From the human T2T-CHM13v2.0 reference genome, Homo sapiens: a stretch of 64,000 nt of DNA. A program made the position numbers and the translations under genes. The stretch lies in NCBI RefSeq assembly GCF_009914755.1, contig NC_060925.1, one strand, 5' to 3'. Shown here one piece after another: positions 37,340-51,620 of this stretch (position 1 is the first letter of the stretch; the number at the start of each line of letters is the position of its first letter). The notes under the pieces were generated by a model. That model was not told where the DNA came from. It searched no databases and saw nothing but the letters and a program-made list of their open reading frames with translations.

Positions 37340-38419
37340 TGAGAAAGTATTTTTAAAATGCTGAAGGAAGGGGCCTTTTGAGAGCTATTATTTTCTGCTA
37401 TGAGCCCTGTGATTAAAAGGTTTTTGGGAGGAAGAGGAACTAGGGCAGGTGGCTGGATGGATTTTGCACCCCTGTGGTGTGCCATTGTCTAGGAACAAAG
37501 CACCCCATGCTGGGAATGACTGGAGCTCAGGAGTAAGGAATTATATATATATACATTTTTAAAGAATCCAATTCCCCTTCATTGTCCTAAGATCCCTGCA
37601 TCTTGGGGGACCAGTGCAAGTTGGTCAAGTTTCTGTTCTTACTTAACTTCAGCCAGAATACATTCTGACTCTCACCCTCCCTTCCTTCCCTCCCAGAATC
37701 AGGCAGAGAAGCTACAGAATTTATTTTTGTGCTTTTGTGGCCAGGCTATTTTTATCTTTATAAATTATTTCCCATTTAAAAAAAAATCTCATTTAATGAG
37801 CTGTATTTCTAAGTGACTTAGGGTTATACATATTTCAAAAGGCACCCTCAGGGGCCATCTGAGAGCCTCGCCTGGCAGGAATGTTTCCAAGTCCTCCTTG
37901 TTCCCTTTCTGGGTGCAGCCTCAGGTGGTCACTGGGCCCCAGGACACTATGAGGATGGAGGATGCAAACCTGAGGAGGTGGGGGTAAAACAGACTCTGCC
38001 CTCCCAGTCCCCCTCCAAGGTTGTCTTTGTCAACTAATAACTTTGTTATAGTTGGGGTCAAATTTCCATGGAGACTGACCAAACAGGGCAATAAAATGCC
38101 TCCTCTATTCAGTCCTCAGTAACAATTTTTATTATAAACTGCTGTGTGTAGATCATCACTAGAAATTGAAAAAGAAGTCCCAGGTCCCCACATCCAGAGT
38201 AAACATCATGGTACCTACATCTTCATCATAGATATTTCCAATTATGGGTTGAAAACATTTTGACACATGAGCAAACCTCTGGATTTACATAGAAGACGGC
38301 CTTACATGAATAGAAAACCCAGGAAAATCTAGAAATGGCTTTCTGACATAGGAAAAAAGAAACAGAAAAGGACCTATGAATAAATAAAAATAAAAACAGT
38401 AACACTGGCAGCAATGGCT

Positions 38420-38600
38420 AAATATAAGAGCTAGGCAATTATAACACTTTATGTGCTGGATACTGAGCTATAGGCCCTATCTTTATTACTCATTTAACCT
38501 TGAAAAACCTCTGTGAAGCTGCTATTATCCCCATTTTTCAGAAAAAAAAAAAAGGAATTTTGAAGAGGTAACAAGTCCAATTCCAAACAGCTTGTGTCAG
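38420..38600 (-). mobile_element. MIR
   Basis: ctcatttaaccttg...tattatccccatttttcag. Confidence 0.6.
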
Positions 38601-39332
38601 AAAAGGTCTGTCTGCTCTAAGTTTTTGAAGAAAAGAAAAACAGAGGGTAAAGAAATGGGAAGGACATTGGGAGAAGCAGAGAGAAACTTACAGGTAAGAA
38701 TACAAGAAGCAAGTTCTGTTTGGATGGTAAAAGAAAGATTAAAATATTTGAGCTTGTAAAACAAATGTCATATCAAGAACTTCCATAAAGTTATGTTTTT
38801 AGATAGAAATGTTCTTTCTTAACTGGTTGACAGGTGTTATATTTATCCATAGTCTTTCAAAACATTAGAAAGATGAGTTATAAGATGATAAAAGGTAAAA
38901 AATTATCCTGGGATGTCAGCTACTGACCTGGTGGTAGATTAATTACTCTGAAAGCCAGATGCTAGTTGTTATCACACTTTCAGAATAGAGTGAGGTTCTG
39001 GTGGCCTGACAGCTCATGAGAGCTTGTTAGGCCCACTCAACTCCTGGAGTGGTGACTCTAATTGACTGCTAAGTTTCCCTCACAACCCTAAGGTGTTATA
39101 ATTTCCTCCCTTTGGTCAGGTCACACTATCTCATCTATCTACTTATTCTATCTATTCTATCATTTATCTTCATCTCTGTAAATGGCTCCCAAATCAAATT
39201 GCAACTCAGAATTGCACATTTGTGAAGCTTTGAAAACTAAAATCAGGTTAAAAAAACCTAAAATATATAATACTCTAATATTTAATGTATATAATGCTAA
39301 TACAGTATAATAAAACTAATCCCCCAAAACAG

Positions 39333-39644
39333 TTTTTTGTTTGTTTGTTTGTTTTGTTTTTTAAGACAGAATTTCACTCTGTCGCCCAGGCTGGAGCACA
39401 GTGGTGCAATCTTGGCTCACTGCAACCTCTACCTCCTGGGTTCAAGTGATTCTCATATCTCGGCCTCCTGAGAAGCTGGAATTACAAGCATGCACCACCA
39501 GGCCCAGCTAACTTTTGTATTTTTAGTAGAGATGGGGTTTCACCATGTTGGCAAGGCTGTTCTCAAACTCCTGACCTCAAGTGATCCACCCGCCTCGGCC
39601 TCCCAAACTGCTGGGATTATAGGCGTGAACCACCACACTCAGCC
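39333..39644 (-). mobile_element. AluS
   Basis: Full dimer with (tttg)n tail. Confidence 0.92.
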
Positions 39645-39919
39645 AACAAGTTTTAACTCTTATCAGTTTGCCCCATTCCAAGTTTGCAAGAAGTCCAGGC
39701 AGGAAGCAAAAATGGCAGCTTCAGGGGCTGCTTTGTCAGAGTTAGTCATAGGTTGGCAACTCTTTTCCAGAGGAGGGCATTGTAACTCTTGAGCACAAGA
39801 ACATGCAGTTGATCTTTGTAACCACCAAGGCACCTAGTTCTGTGCCTGTCAGATGAAGGTGTTCTGCTTTGGCTTGTAGGATAGATGGATGCGCTGAGAT
39901 GAGACAGACAAGGGGAGAG

Positions 39920-40110
39920 GTTGAATATCTCCCAGCTCTGCCACCTACCAGCTATGTAAATTAGGTAATTTACTTAACCTCTTTAAGTCATAATTCCATA
40001 TCTTCCAAATGCAGAACTCATACCCATCTCATATTTTTTGTTATGAGAAGCCAATAAAATCATCTCTATAAAGCACACAGCACAATACCTGGTGTTTTTA
40101 ACTTGCTTAA
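39920..40110 (+). mobile_element. MIR
   Basis: cccagctctgccacctaccagctatgt...ttacttaacctct. Confidence 0.7.
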
Positions 40111-40278
40111 TAGCTTTGACCTAAAGGAGGATAGGGATAAATGTTTAAGATGGAGAGAACAGAAATTCAGGGGGCTCATGGTAGATGACAACGTAGGAAA
40201 CGAGGTATTTTATTCAAGTTGAGACTTAGAAAATCTGTCAGAATTCTAGAGGAGAGTCATTAAGAATATAATAGATGC

Positions 40279-40709
<431 letters not shown>

Positions 40710-40914
40710 TCAAGACCAAGGAGTAAAGCTCCTTTTCTCACATGACAGCTGAAAATAAGCCCTATATCTTCAGAGAAATTGCCCCTAAAATTAGTGCGCC
40801 CTTGTTTTTAGACTTTGACACAGCAAACATTTATTAAATATTTGCTATCTTCTAGGCATTGTATCACCATAAAATTCTTTGACTATCACTAAGAAGCCCC
40901 ACAGTTGCCAGTTT

Positions 40915-41300
40915 GATATGCAAGGAGCTTGTCAATTGTAACTCCTGTCCTCACAACAAGAAATAAACTGAAAACCAGTAATTCTTCTTAGATCCATCAG
41001 AGAATTAAGGTCACAAAGCCAACTATTAAATACATCCTCAAAATTGGAGAGGCAGATGAATATAGAGAACTGCAGCTTACCTGGAGCAGAAGCTGCTGCT
41101 AGAGACAGGTAGGAGTATTTAAGGAAAATTGACTAATTGCTGGAGACTTAATGTAAACCAGCTTGAGAGATAAAACTTTGGGTGCCTCACTTTAGGGTGG
41201 ATCTCCACACTTTCATGAATTTTACCTTAAGGAATTTCACCAGATTCTTGGGGTGAAGATTGAGGAAACCCTGCCCCAACCTGAAACATAAAAAAAAAGC
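40915..41300 (+). mobile_element. Old L1M 5'-region fragment
   Basis: ctcctgtcctcacaacaag...ttcttagatccatcagagaattaaggtcaca resembles old L1 5' ends. Confidence 0.5.
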
Positions 41301-41688
41301 CCCCAACATAAAAAATAAATTGTACCCAACATAAAAGAAAGCAAAAGCACACACACTTACGGGGAAGCCTGAGACCAGCTAGGTAGAACCCAGTGTTAAC
41401 CAGAGGTGGCCACAGAGTTGACTCTTTCAAAATCAACTCACAATTGTTTGGGTTATCTAACTGGTAATGCTGGGGATTTCAGGGGGCTATTATGGTTGAG
41501 AACTGATAAAGTAGGTCAAGGTCACAAGAAATTATGGTGAACACATCATAGACAGTGAGAAGGGAAATAAGTGAGGTTGGGAGTAGGTGGGATGGGATGG
41601 TGGAATTAGGGAGGTCAAAGAACTGAGTTCACAAGATGGCCGACTAGAAGCAGCAGTGATCAGAGGCTCCCACTGAAAAGAATGATTA

Positions 41689-42011
<323 letters not shown>

Positions 42012-44418
42012 GAAAAGAACCATTATACCATGTGAATCCTGCACTGGCAATCAAGGTATCCAGCTTTTCTCATCAGAACTGACTAGACGGCTGGTGTGAT
42101 CCATAGAGAGGAAGGAAGGGCAGTGTGGTGCAGTGGCCCACCTGAGAGCCACACGAGGCAGGCGAGTCCCCATCCCCCAGTCAAGGGAGGTGATGAGTGA
42201 GCGTGCTACCCGGCAGGGTAAACCATGCTTTTTCCACGGAACTGTGCAACCCACGGATCAGAAGATCCCACTTGCAAACCCACCCCACCAGGGCCTAGGG
42301 TCCCAATCCCGGACCTGCACAGATTCTCAACAGCCTCTCAGCTAGAATCTGCTTAAGGTTGGCAAGTTCCTGGGGAAAGGGGCAACCAGCACCAAAGCTG
42401 CTGCTGCCTATCTAAGCCATTTGAGCTCCTTAGGAGAGGGACAGCAACCTGCACTGGGACTCATAACTGCCTAATATGCTAAGCTTCCTGGGCTCCGTCT
42501 CTGTAGCTCCAGGCCAAGCTTTTCCCCTGCTGGAGCCAGGAAGGCTGGACGGCTTGATCCCAAAAGGTGTCCTCCACAGCCCAACACACCAGATATGGGA
42601 AACTGCAGCCAGAGCGCCTCTTCAGGCCTGACCCTGACCCATCCTTCCTCACTGGGTGGGGCCTCCCTGCAGGAACTCTAACAACTCCAGCCAGAGGCTC
42701 AGGGACAGAACCCCAATCTCCCTGGGCCTGAGCCCCTAGGGGGAACGGTGGCTGCAGTCTCTGCAGACTAGCAGACTTAGCCTTTCCTCCTGGTGTGTTT
42801 GAGGAATCCAGGCAGCACAGACAAGTGGGTTACCCCCCAGCAAAGCACACTCCCTCCACCAAGGACAGTCAAAGTGCTTGTTAAACTGGTCCTGTTTCCC
42901 ATGCCACCCACCTGGGTGAGACCCTCCAACAGGGGTTGTCAGACACCCTACACAGGAGTGATCCTACTGGCATCAGGTTGGTGCCTTTTGAGGTCAGAGA
43001 TCCCAGAAGAAGGAACAGGCACCCACCCATCTTTGCTGTTCTCCAGCCTCCTTGAGTGACATCTCCAGGTGCAGGAGGTAACCAGATGAATAGGGCCTGA
43101 AGTGAACCCCCAGCAAATTGCAGAAGAGGGACCTGACCATTGAAAGAAAAACAAACAGAAAGCAACAACAACACCATCAACAACAAAAAAAAGTCCCCAC
43201 CAAAACCCCATCCAAGGGTCAGCAGCCTCAAAGATCAAAACTAGACAAACTCATGAAGAATAAATGAAAAAATGCTGAAAACCCATAAAGCCAGAGTGCC
43301 TCTTCTCCTCCAAATGATCACAACACCTCTCCAGCAATGGCACAAAACTGGACAGAGGATGAGATGGATGAATTGACAGAAGTAGGCTTCAGAAGATAGG
43401 TAATGAGAAACTACACTGAGCTAAAGGAGTATGTTCTAATCCAATGCAAAGAAGCTAAAAACCTTGATAAAGGTTAGAGGAAGTGCTAACTAGAATAACC
43501 AGTTTAGACAGAAACATATATGACCTGATGGAGATGGAAAACACAGAACGAAAACTTCGTGAAGCATACACAAGTATCAACAGCTGAATTGACTGAGTGG
43601 AAGAAAAGATATCAGAGTTTGAAGACCACCTTGCTGAAAGAAGGGATGCAGACAAGAATAGAGAAAAAAGAATAAAAGGGAATGAAGAAATCCTCCAAGA
43701 AATATGGGACTACATAAAAGGACCAAATCTATGATTGATTGGAGTACCTGAAGGAAAGGGGGAGAATGGAAACAAGCTGGGAAACACACTTCAGGATATT
43801 ATCCAGGAGAACTTCCCCAACCTAGCAAGACAGGCCAACATGCAAATTTAGGAAATACAGAGAACATCACTAAGATATTCCACAAGAATATCAACCCCAA
43901 GACACATAATCATCAGATTCTCCAAGGTCAAAATGAATAAAAAAATGTTAAGGGCAGCCAGAGAGAAAGGCCAGGTCACCTACAAAGGGAAGCCCATCAG
44001 ACTAATAGTGGACCTCTCAGCAGAAACCCTACAAGCCAAAGACATTGGGGGCTGATATTCAACATTCTTAAAGAAAAGAATTTTCAACCCAGAATTTCAT
44101 ATCCAGCAAAACCAAGCTTCATAAGTGAAGGAGAAATAGAATCCTTTCCAGACAAAAAAATGATTGGGATTTCATCACCATTAGGCCTGCCTCACAAGAG
44201 AGTTCCTGAAGGAAGCACTAAATATGGAAAAGAAAAACTGGTACCAGCCCCTACAAAAGCACATCAAAACATAAAGACCAATGATATGATGAAGAAACTG
44301 CATCAACTAGTGTGCAAAATAACCAGATAGCATCATGATGACAGGATCAAATTCACACATAACAATACTAACCTTAAATGTAAATGGACTAAATGTCCCA
44401 ATTAAAAGATAGAGACAG

Positions 44419-44619
44419 GAAGGGGAACATTACACACCAGGGACTGCTGTGGGGTCGGGGGGAGGCAGGAGGGATAGCATTAGGAGATATACCTAATGCT
44501 AAATGACAAGTTAATGGGTGCAGCACACCAACATGACACATGTATACATATGTAACAAACCTGCACGTTGTGCACATGTACCCTAAAACTTAAAGTATAA
44601 TAATAATAAAATTAAAAAA
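44419..44619 (+). mobile_element. Nested ~200-bp young-type L1PA 3' end
   Basis: gggatagcattaggagatatacctaatg...; perfect 15-bp TSD aaaagatagagacag at 44404 and 44620. Confidence 0.93.
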
Positions 44620-45424
44620 AAAAGATAGAGACAGACTGGCAAATTGGATAAAGAGTCAAGACCCATCAGTGTGTTGTATTCAGGAGACCCATCTCACATG
44701 CAAAGACACACATAGGCTCAAAATAAAGGGATGCAGGAAATTAACCAAGCAAATAGAAAGCGAGAAAAAAAAAAAGCAGGGGTTACAAAGAAGGGCATTA
44801 CATAATGGTAAAGCGATCAATTCAACAAGAAGAGCTAATTATCCTAAATTTGTATGCACCCAATACAGGAGCACCCAGATTCATAAAACAAGTTCTTAGA
44901 GACCTACAAAAAGACTTAGATTCCCACACAATAATAGTGGGAGACTTTAACACCCCACTGTCAATATTAGATCAACAGGACAGAAAATTAACAAGGATAT
45001 TCAGGACTTGAACTCAGTTCTAGACCAAGCAAACAGAATATACATTCTTTTCAGTATCACATGGCACTTATTCTAAAATCTACCACATAATTGGACATAA
45101 AACATTTCCCAGCAAATGCAAAAGAACTAAAATCGTAACAGTCTCAGACCACAGTGCAATAAAATTAGAACTCAGGATTAAGAAATCCACACAATTACAT
45201 GGAAATTGAAAAACCTTCTCCTGAATGACTCCTGAGTAAATAATCAAATTAAGGCAGAAATCAAGAAGTTCTTTGAAACCAATGAGAAAAAAGAGACAAC
45301 GTGCCAGAATCTCTGGGACACAGCTAAAACAGTGTTAAGAGGGGGAATTTATAGCATGAAATGCCCACATTAGAAAGCTAGAAAGATCTCATATTGACAC
45401 CCTAACATCACAATTTAAAAAGCT

Positions 45425-45772
45425 ATAAAAAAGAATGAGTTCATGTCCTTTACAGGCACATGGATGAAGCTGGAAGCCATCATTCTCAGCAAACTAACAC
45501 AGGAACAGAAAACCAAACACTACATGTTCTCACTCATAAGTGGGAGTTGAACAATGAGAACACATGAACACAAGGAGGGGAACATCACACTCCAGAGCCT
45601 GTCAGTGGGGTGGGGGACAAGGGGAGGGAGAGCATTAGGAGAAATATGTAATGTAGATGGTGGGTTGATGGGTGCAGCAAGCGGCCATGGCACATGTATA
45701 CCTATGTAACAAAACTGCATGTTCTCTACATGCATCCCAGAACTAAAATTTAGAAAAACAACAACAACAAAA
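45425..45772 (+). mobile_element. Nested ~350-bp L1PA7/8-like 3' end
   Basis: ataaaaaagaatgagttcatgtcc...ggagggagagcattagg...(aac)n tail; host ORF2 resumes at gagctagagaagcaagagc. Confidence 0.9.
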
Positions 45773-48700
45773 ACACTTAAAGGAGCTAGAGAAGCAAGAG
45801 CAAATGAATCCAAAAGCTAGCAGAAGACAAGAAATAACTAAGATCAGAGCAGAATTGAAGGCAATAGAGACACAAAAACACCCTCCAAAAAATCAATGAA
45901 TCCAGGAACTGTTTTTTTGAAAAGATTAACAAAACAGACTGCTAGCCAGACTAATAAAGATGAAAAGAGAGAAGAATCAAATAGACACAATAAAAAATGA
46001 TATAGGGGATATCACCACCGACCCCAAAGAAATACAAACTACCATCAGAGAATGCTATAAACACCTCTATGCAAATAAACTAGAAAATCTAGAAGAAATT
46101 GGTAAATTCCTGGACACATACACCCTCCAAAGACTAAACCAGGAAGAAGTCAAATCCCTGAATAGACCAATGAGAAGTTCTGAAATTGAGGCAGTAATTA
46201 ATAGCCTACCAACCAAAGAAAGCCCAAGACCAGACAGATTCACAGCTGAATTCTACCAGAGATACAAAGAGGAGCTGGTACCATCCCTTCTGAAACTATT
46301 CCAAACAACTGAAGAGGCGGGACTCCTCCCTAGCTCATTTTATGAAGCCAGCATCATCCTGATGCCAAAACCTGGCAGAGACATAACAAAAAAAGAAAGC
46401 TTCAGGCCAATATCCCTGATGAGCATCGATGTGAAAAGCCTCAATAAAATAGTGGCAAACTGAATCCAGCAGCACATCAAAAAACTTATCCACCACGATC
46501 AAATCGGCTTCATGCCTGGAATGCAAGGCTAGTTCAACATACACAAATCAATAAATGTAATCCATCATATAAACAGAACCAAAGACAAAACCACATGAGT
46601 ATCTCAATAGACACAGAAAGGGCCTTTGATAAAATTGAACATATTTTCATGTTAAAAACTCTCAATAAACTAGGTATTGATGGAACATATCCCAAAATAA
46701 TAAGAGCTATTTATGACAAACCCACAGGCAATATCATAATGGGCAAAAGCTGGAAGCATTCCCTTTGAAAACCCGGTACAAGACAAGGACGCCGTCTCTC
46801 ACCACTCCATTCAACATAGTATTGGAAGTTCTGTCCAGGGCAATCAGGCAAAAGAAAGAAATAAAGAGTATTCAAATAGGAAGAGAGAAAGTCAAATTGT
46901 TTGTTTGCGATGACATGATTGTATAATTAGAAAACCCCATCTCAGCCCCAAAACTCCTTAAGCTGATAAGTAACTTCAGCAAAGTCTCAGGATACAAAAT
47001 CAATGTGCAAAAATCACAATCACTCCTTTACACCAACAACAGATAAGCAGAGAGCCAAATCATGAATGAACTTCCATTCACAATTGCTACAGAAATAATA
47101 CCTAGCAATACAGCTAACAAGAGATGTGAAGGATCTCTTCAAGGAGAACTACAAACCACTGCTTAAGGAAATAAGAGAGGACACAAACAAATGGAAAAAC
47201 ATTCCATCCTCATTGATAAAAAGAATCAATATCATGAAAATGCCCATATTTCCCAAAGTAATTTCTAGATTCAATGCTATTCCCATCAAACAACCACTGA
47301 CGTTCTTCACAGAATTAGAAATAAACTATTTTTAATTTCATATGGAATCAAAAGACCCGGTATAGTCAAGACAATCCTAAGCAAAAAGAACAAAGCTGGA
47401 GGCTGTTCTGACTTCAAACTGTACTACAAGGCTACACAAAACAGCATGGTACTGGTACCAAAACAGACACATAGACAAATGTGGCAGAACAGAGACTTCA
47501 GAAATAACACCACCTATCTACAACCATCTGATCTTTGACAAACCTGACAAAAACAAACAATGGGGAAAGGATCTCCTATTCAATAAATAGTGCTGGGAAA
47601 ACTGGCGAACCATATGCAGAAAATTGAAACTGGACCCCTTCCTTACACCTTATTCAAAAATTAACTCAAGATGGATTAAAGATTTAAGTGTAAAACCTAA
47701 AATGATAAAAACCCTAGAAGAAAACCTAGGCAATACCATTCAGGGAATAGGCATAGGCAAAGACTTCATGACTAAAACACCAAAAGCAATTGCAACAAAA
47801 GCCAAAATTAACAAATGGGATCTAATTAAACTAAAGGGCTTCTGCACAGCGAAGGAAACTATCGTCAGAGTGAAAAGGCAACCTAAAGAATGCAAGAAAG
47901 TTTTTGCAATCTACCCATCTGACAGAGGTCTAATATTCAGAATTTACAAGGAACTTAAGCAAAGTTACAAGAAAAAAACCAACTTCATGAAAAGGTAGAC
48001 AAAAGATATGAACAGACACTTCTCAAAATAAGACATTTATGTGGCCAAAAAACATATGAAAAAAAAGCTCAACATTACTGATCATTAGAGAAATGCAAAT
48101 CAAAACCACAATGAGATACCATCTCACACCAGTCAGAATGGCAATTATTAAAAAGTCAAGAAACAACAGATGCTGGCAAGGCTGTGGAGAAATAGGAACA
48201 CTTTTATACTATTGGTGGGAATGTAAATTAGTTCAACCATTGTGGAAGACAGTGTGGCGATTCCTCAAGGATCTAGAACCAGAAATACCATTTGACCCAG
48301 CAATCCCATTACTGGGTATATATCCAAAGGAATATAAATCATTCTACTATAAAGAGTGGACTATTCTACTCTTTTTTAAATATCCTTTATATATATCTTT
48401 TTAAAATATTTATCAAAAATATTTATAAATATTATTTATAGAAACATTCTACTATAAAGTACACTTATGCTTATTGAAGCACTGTTTACAATAGCAAAGT
48501 CACGGAACCAACCCAAATGTCCATCAGTGATAGAATGGATAAAGAAAAATAAATCAAATGTGGTATATATACACCATGGAATACTATGCAGCCATAGAAA
48601 GGAATGAGATCATGTTCTCTGCAGGGACATAGTTGAAGCTGGAAGCCATCATTCTCAGCAAACTAGCACAGAAACAGAAAACCAAACACTGCATGTTCTC

Positions 48701-50059
48701 ACTCATAAGTGGGAGTTGAACCATGACAACACATGGACATGGAGAGGGGAACAACACACACCAGGGCCTGTTGGTGGGTGGGAGGATAGGAGAGGGAACT
48801 TAGAGGATCGGTCAATAGGTGCAGCAAACCACCATGGCACATGTACACCTATGTAACAAACCTGCACATTTTGCACATGTATCCAAGAACTTAAAGTAAA
48901 ATAAAAAAAAAACTGAGCTCATGATGGGGTGCAGAGCAAAGGTGAGTATGGGAGGTGTAAATCATAAAACAGAAAGGATGTTTAAAGTCTGGAGGTACAA
49001 TAAATGTAAGTAATGTAGAGTTCAATTAGTTTGTATATACTAGGATAGGATAGAAAAATGAGGAGGGATACATTCAAAGGCATCTGTGTGACTGAATGTG
49101 TAAATCAAAGGACATGTTCTATGGGTAGAGGATAACTTGCAATCTTTACACATTTACCTTTTATTGTTTTAGAGTGATTTTTGATCCTCTGATGCAGATA
49201 CCTCCTGTCTCCATGTTTTATCTATTACATCAGACTATGGCTCTAGCTTTTTAGGCAATAAGAAATTTTTTCAAACTATGGAAAAGGGGAAAGGGCATAA
49301 TAAACACTTTGGACTTCAGTCATTGTGATGGATTATCTTGCCACTTGGTTTGAAATCTAAGTTTGCAAATCAGAAAGGTAAAACATTCTGAAGCATCGCC
49401 AGCTGTGAGCTGGGCAGGCCACTTCAGGAAGGGCTTGATCACTCAAGTGGCAGAAAAGCCGGAGTCAGAGAAATGTGTATGGTCAGCAGCAGAAAGTACC
49501 AGATGACAATGCTTATTTAGAATTTGAGGCTTGATGCTTGGGAAATGTGAAATAATAGGCCACATGAATCATTATCACCTAGGTCGGTATTGCTCTTATT
49601 TTAGAATAGACAATCGCCTGTGTGGTATGAATTGAAGGACATCACAAGGAAATATCATGAACTCTTACACTACTAGAACGAAGACAGACCTTAGAAGTCA
49701 CCTAGTCTAGAAGTTCCCTCCCTGTGTGTTATGGGTGTACCTCAGCCCTTAGGGAAGACTCTAGAAGCCTCATTCCCAGGGGTGCAGTACAAAAATTACT
49801 TTCTATGTGTGTTATGATGGGAAAAGGCTTGTGGGTACTAAGTGGTGCAACCTCATCATAGTCCATGTGAAAAATCTGAAAGCAATGAGGTGAAGGAGCT
49901 TCCTAAGTTGTTTTGGGTAGTTAGAACTGTGATCCAGATGTCCTGAAGCTGCTTCTCAATACACTGTCTTAGCTCTTCCTCTGCTGGCTTGAAAGTTTCT
50001 CCACAGGTAGAGGAACATTCTGTTAAGTTAGAGCCTGACCTTTTAGTAATTAAATTGAA

Positions 50060-50570
50060 AGTCAGTCCCCTTCCAAAACCCTCCAAAGACTTCCCATTGC
50101 ACTTATAAAATTTAAACTTCTTATCAGGAACTACAAAGCACTGCATGACTTGACTGTAGCCCACCTCTCCGGGCTTATTCCCTCCACTCCCTTACTCATC
50201 ACACCACAGCCATCCTCACTTCCTTCCCTTTCCTATCCAAGTTGTTCCCACCTCAGAAACTCTACACTTGCTCTTCCTTCTGCCTGGAACACTCTTTTCC
50301 CAGATCTTGCTCTGCTTCATTCAGGGGAAGATTCAAATATCACCTCCTCAGTGAAGCCCTCCCTACTTACCCAAGCTCAACTAATTATTCTATTATATTA
50401 CCTTCTTTATTTTCTTCATAGAACCTACTACTATCACAAATGGTCTTGTTTATGTACTTACTGTCTGTCTCTCCCACTAGAAGGTAAGCAGGGACCTTGT
50501 CTAAATTGATCCCTAGAATAAGGCTTAGCACATGATAGGTATTTCAGTACTTTTGTGAATTAATGAGTAA
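50060..50570 (+). mobile_element. L2 3' end
   Basis: acacttgctcttccttctgcctggaacactctt...tcacctcctcagtgaagccctccc...ttagcacatgatagg...tgaattaatga. Confidence 0.85.
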
Positions 50571-50696
50571 TATATTATTTGCCTAGGATACTTCACATTT
50601 CCTATATTATTTGCCTATATTATTGCCTATATTATTTGCCTAGGATACTTCATATTTTAATAGAAAATGTGAAGTATCCTAGGCAAATAACATATA
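50571..50696. repeat. Local direct + inverted repeat cluster (hairpin)
   Basis: tatattatttgcc-type unit four times; 50632-50658 complementary to 50664-50690. Confidence 0.9.
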
Positions 50697-51090
50697 GTCA
50701 TTATCAGTTAATAGATTATTAGGAAATTGTTTATCAGCTTATTTCCAGGGCTCCAGCTAGCAGGGATGCATGATTATCTCTAGCAGTTCAGGGGAGAAAC
50801 TAAAAAGGATTAAATGGGACTGCAGATAGGTAAAGAGGCTTTGTTATGGGTAAGTAGGAAAAAGAGAGGCCCAGGTAGGAGAAACTGCCAGGATGAGGGT
50901 GCACGCAGGTCAATGACATTAGAAGGGACTTCTAGAAAGGAGAGGAGATTGCCATCATGACAACTCACTCTGTTCACTGGTGTGCTCAAAGCTGACCCCA
51001 AACATGGGCATTTATGGAGGCGGCAGAGTGGAGCCAGAAACATCAGGACAGTTGTTCCAACATAAATGTGACTCTCTTTCAACAACTCAC

Positions 51091-51151
51091 CTGTGTGGTA
51101 TACAAATGCCTGCCATTGGCCATCAGGATTCCTGCCACCCTGTACCACTTA
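51091..51151 (-). other. Candidate exon (61 nt) of an unidentified minus-strand transcript
   Basis: Minus strand: ttctctgaacttcctcctAG|taagtgg...cacacag|GTGAGT. Confidence 0.35.
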
Positions 51152-51497
51152 CTAGGAGGAAGTTCAGAGAACTGTTGTAAGCAGTTACTAAATGTAAGCT
51201 GGAAGAAGAATCTAAAGAAATGGATTTCTAAAACCTCTGGAGGCCTCTTTCTAAAACCACTCAGAAGGTAAAGATAGAAAAAGGAAAATGGAGAGAGATG
51301 CCAAAGGAATGAGAGTAGGAGGTAGAAAGAGACGTTCCTTCAGGAGTTTAATAAGAATAACATTAAGGCTTTTGGAAATGATTAACAACAGTGACAGCTC
51401 TATTCAGAAGTGAAATGAATAAATATTAGAGCTACCCCACAATATCTAGGTGGGAAGCACTTGACAGACATCAGCTGTAACAGACAGCACCACTCAC

Positions 51498-51620
51498 AGC
51501 TGCACGGATGGAAAAGCCAAAGCTTCCTGAGCTTCATAGTCTCTCAAATTTTCTGTTGAATCTCTCTTGATGGTTCTTTCGGGATAGGGCTGTCCTTTCC
51601 CGTTTGACTGTTCTGCAGGC
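51498..51620 (-). other. Candidate exon (123 nt) of an unidentified minus-strand transcript
   Basis: Minus strand: gtctgtgccacAG|gcctgc...gcagct|GTGAGT. Confidence 0.35.

Noticed and set aside
41578-41611. G-quadruplex upstream of the L1 5' end
   Set aside because: Four GGG runs but a 12-nt last loop; weak and within an old repeat remnant
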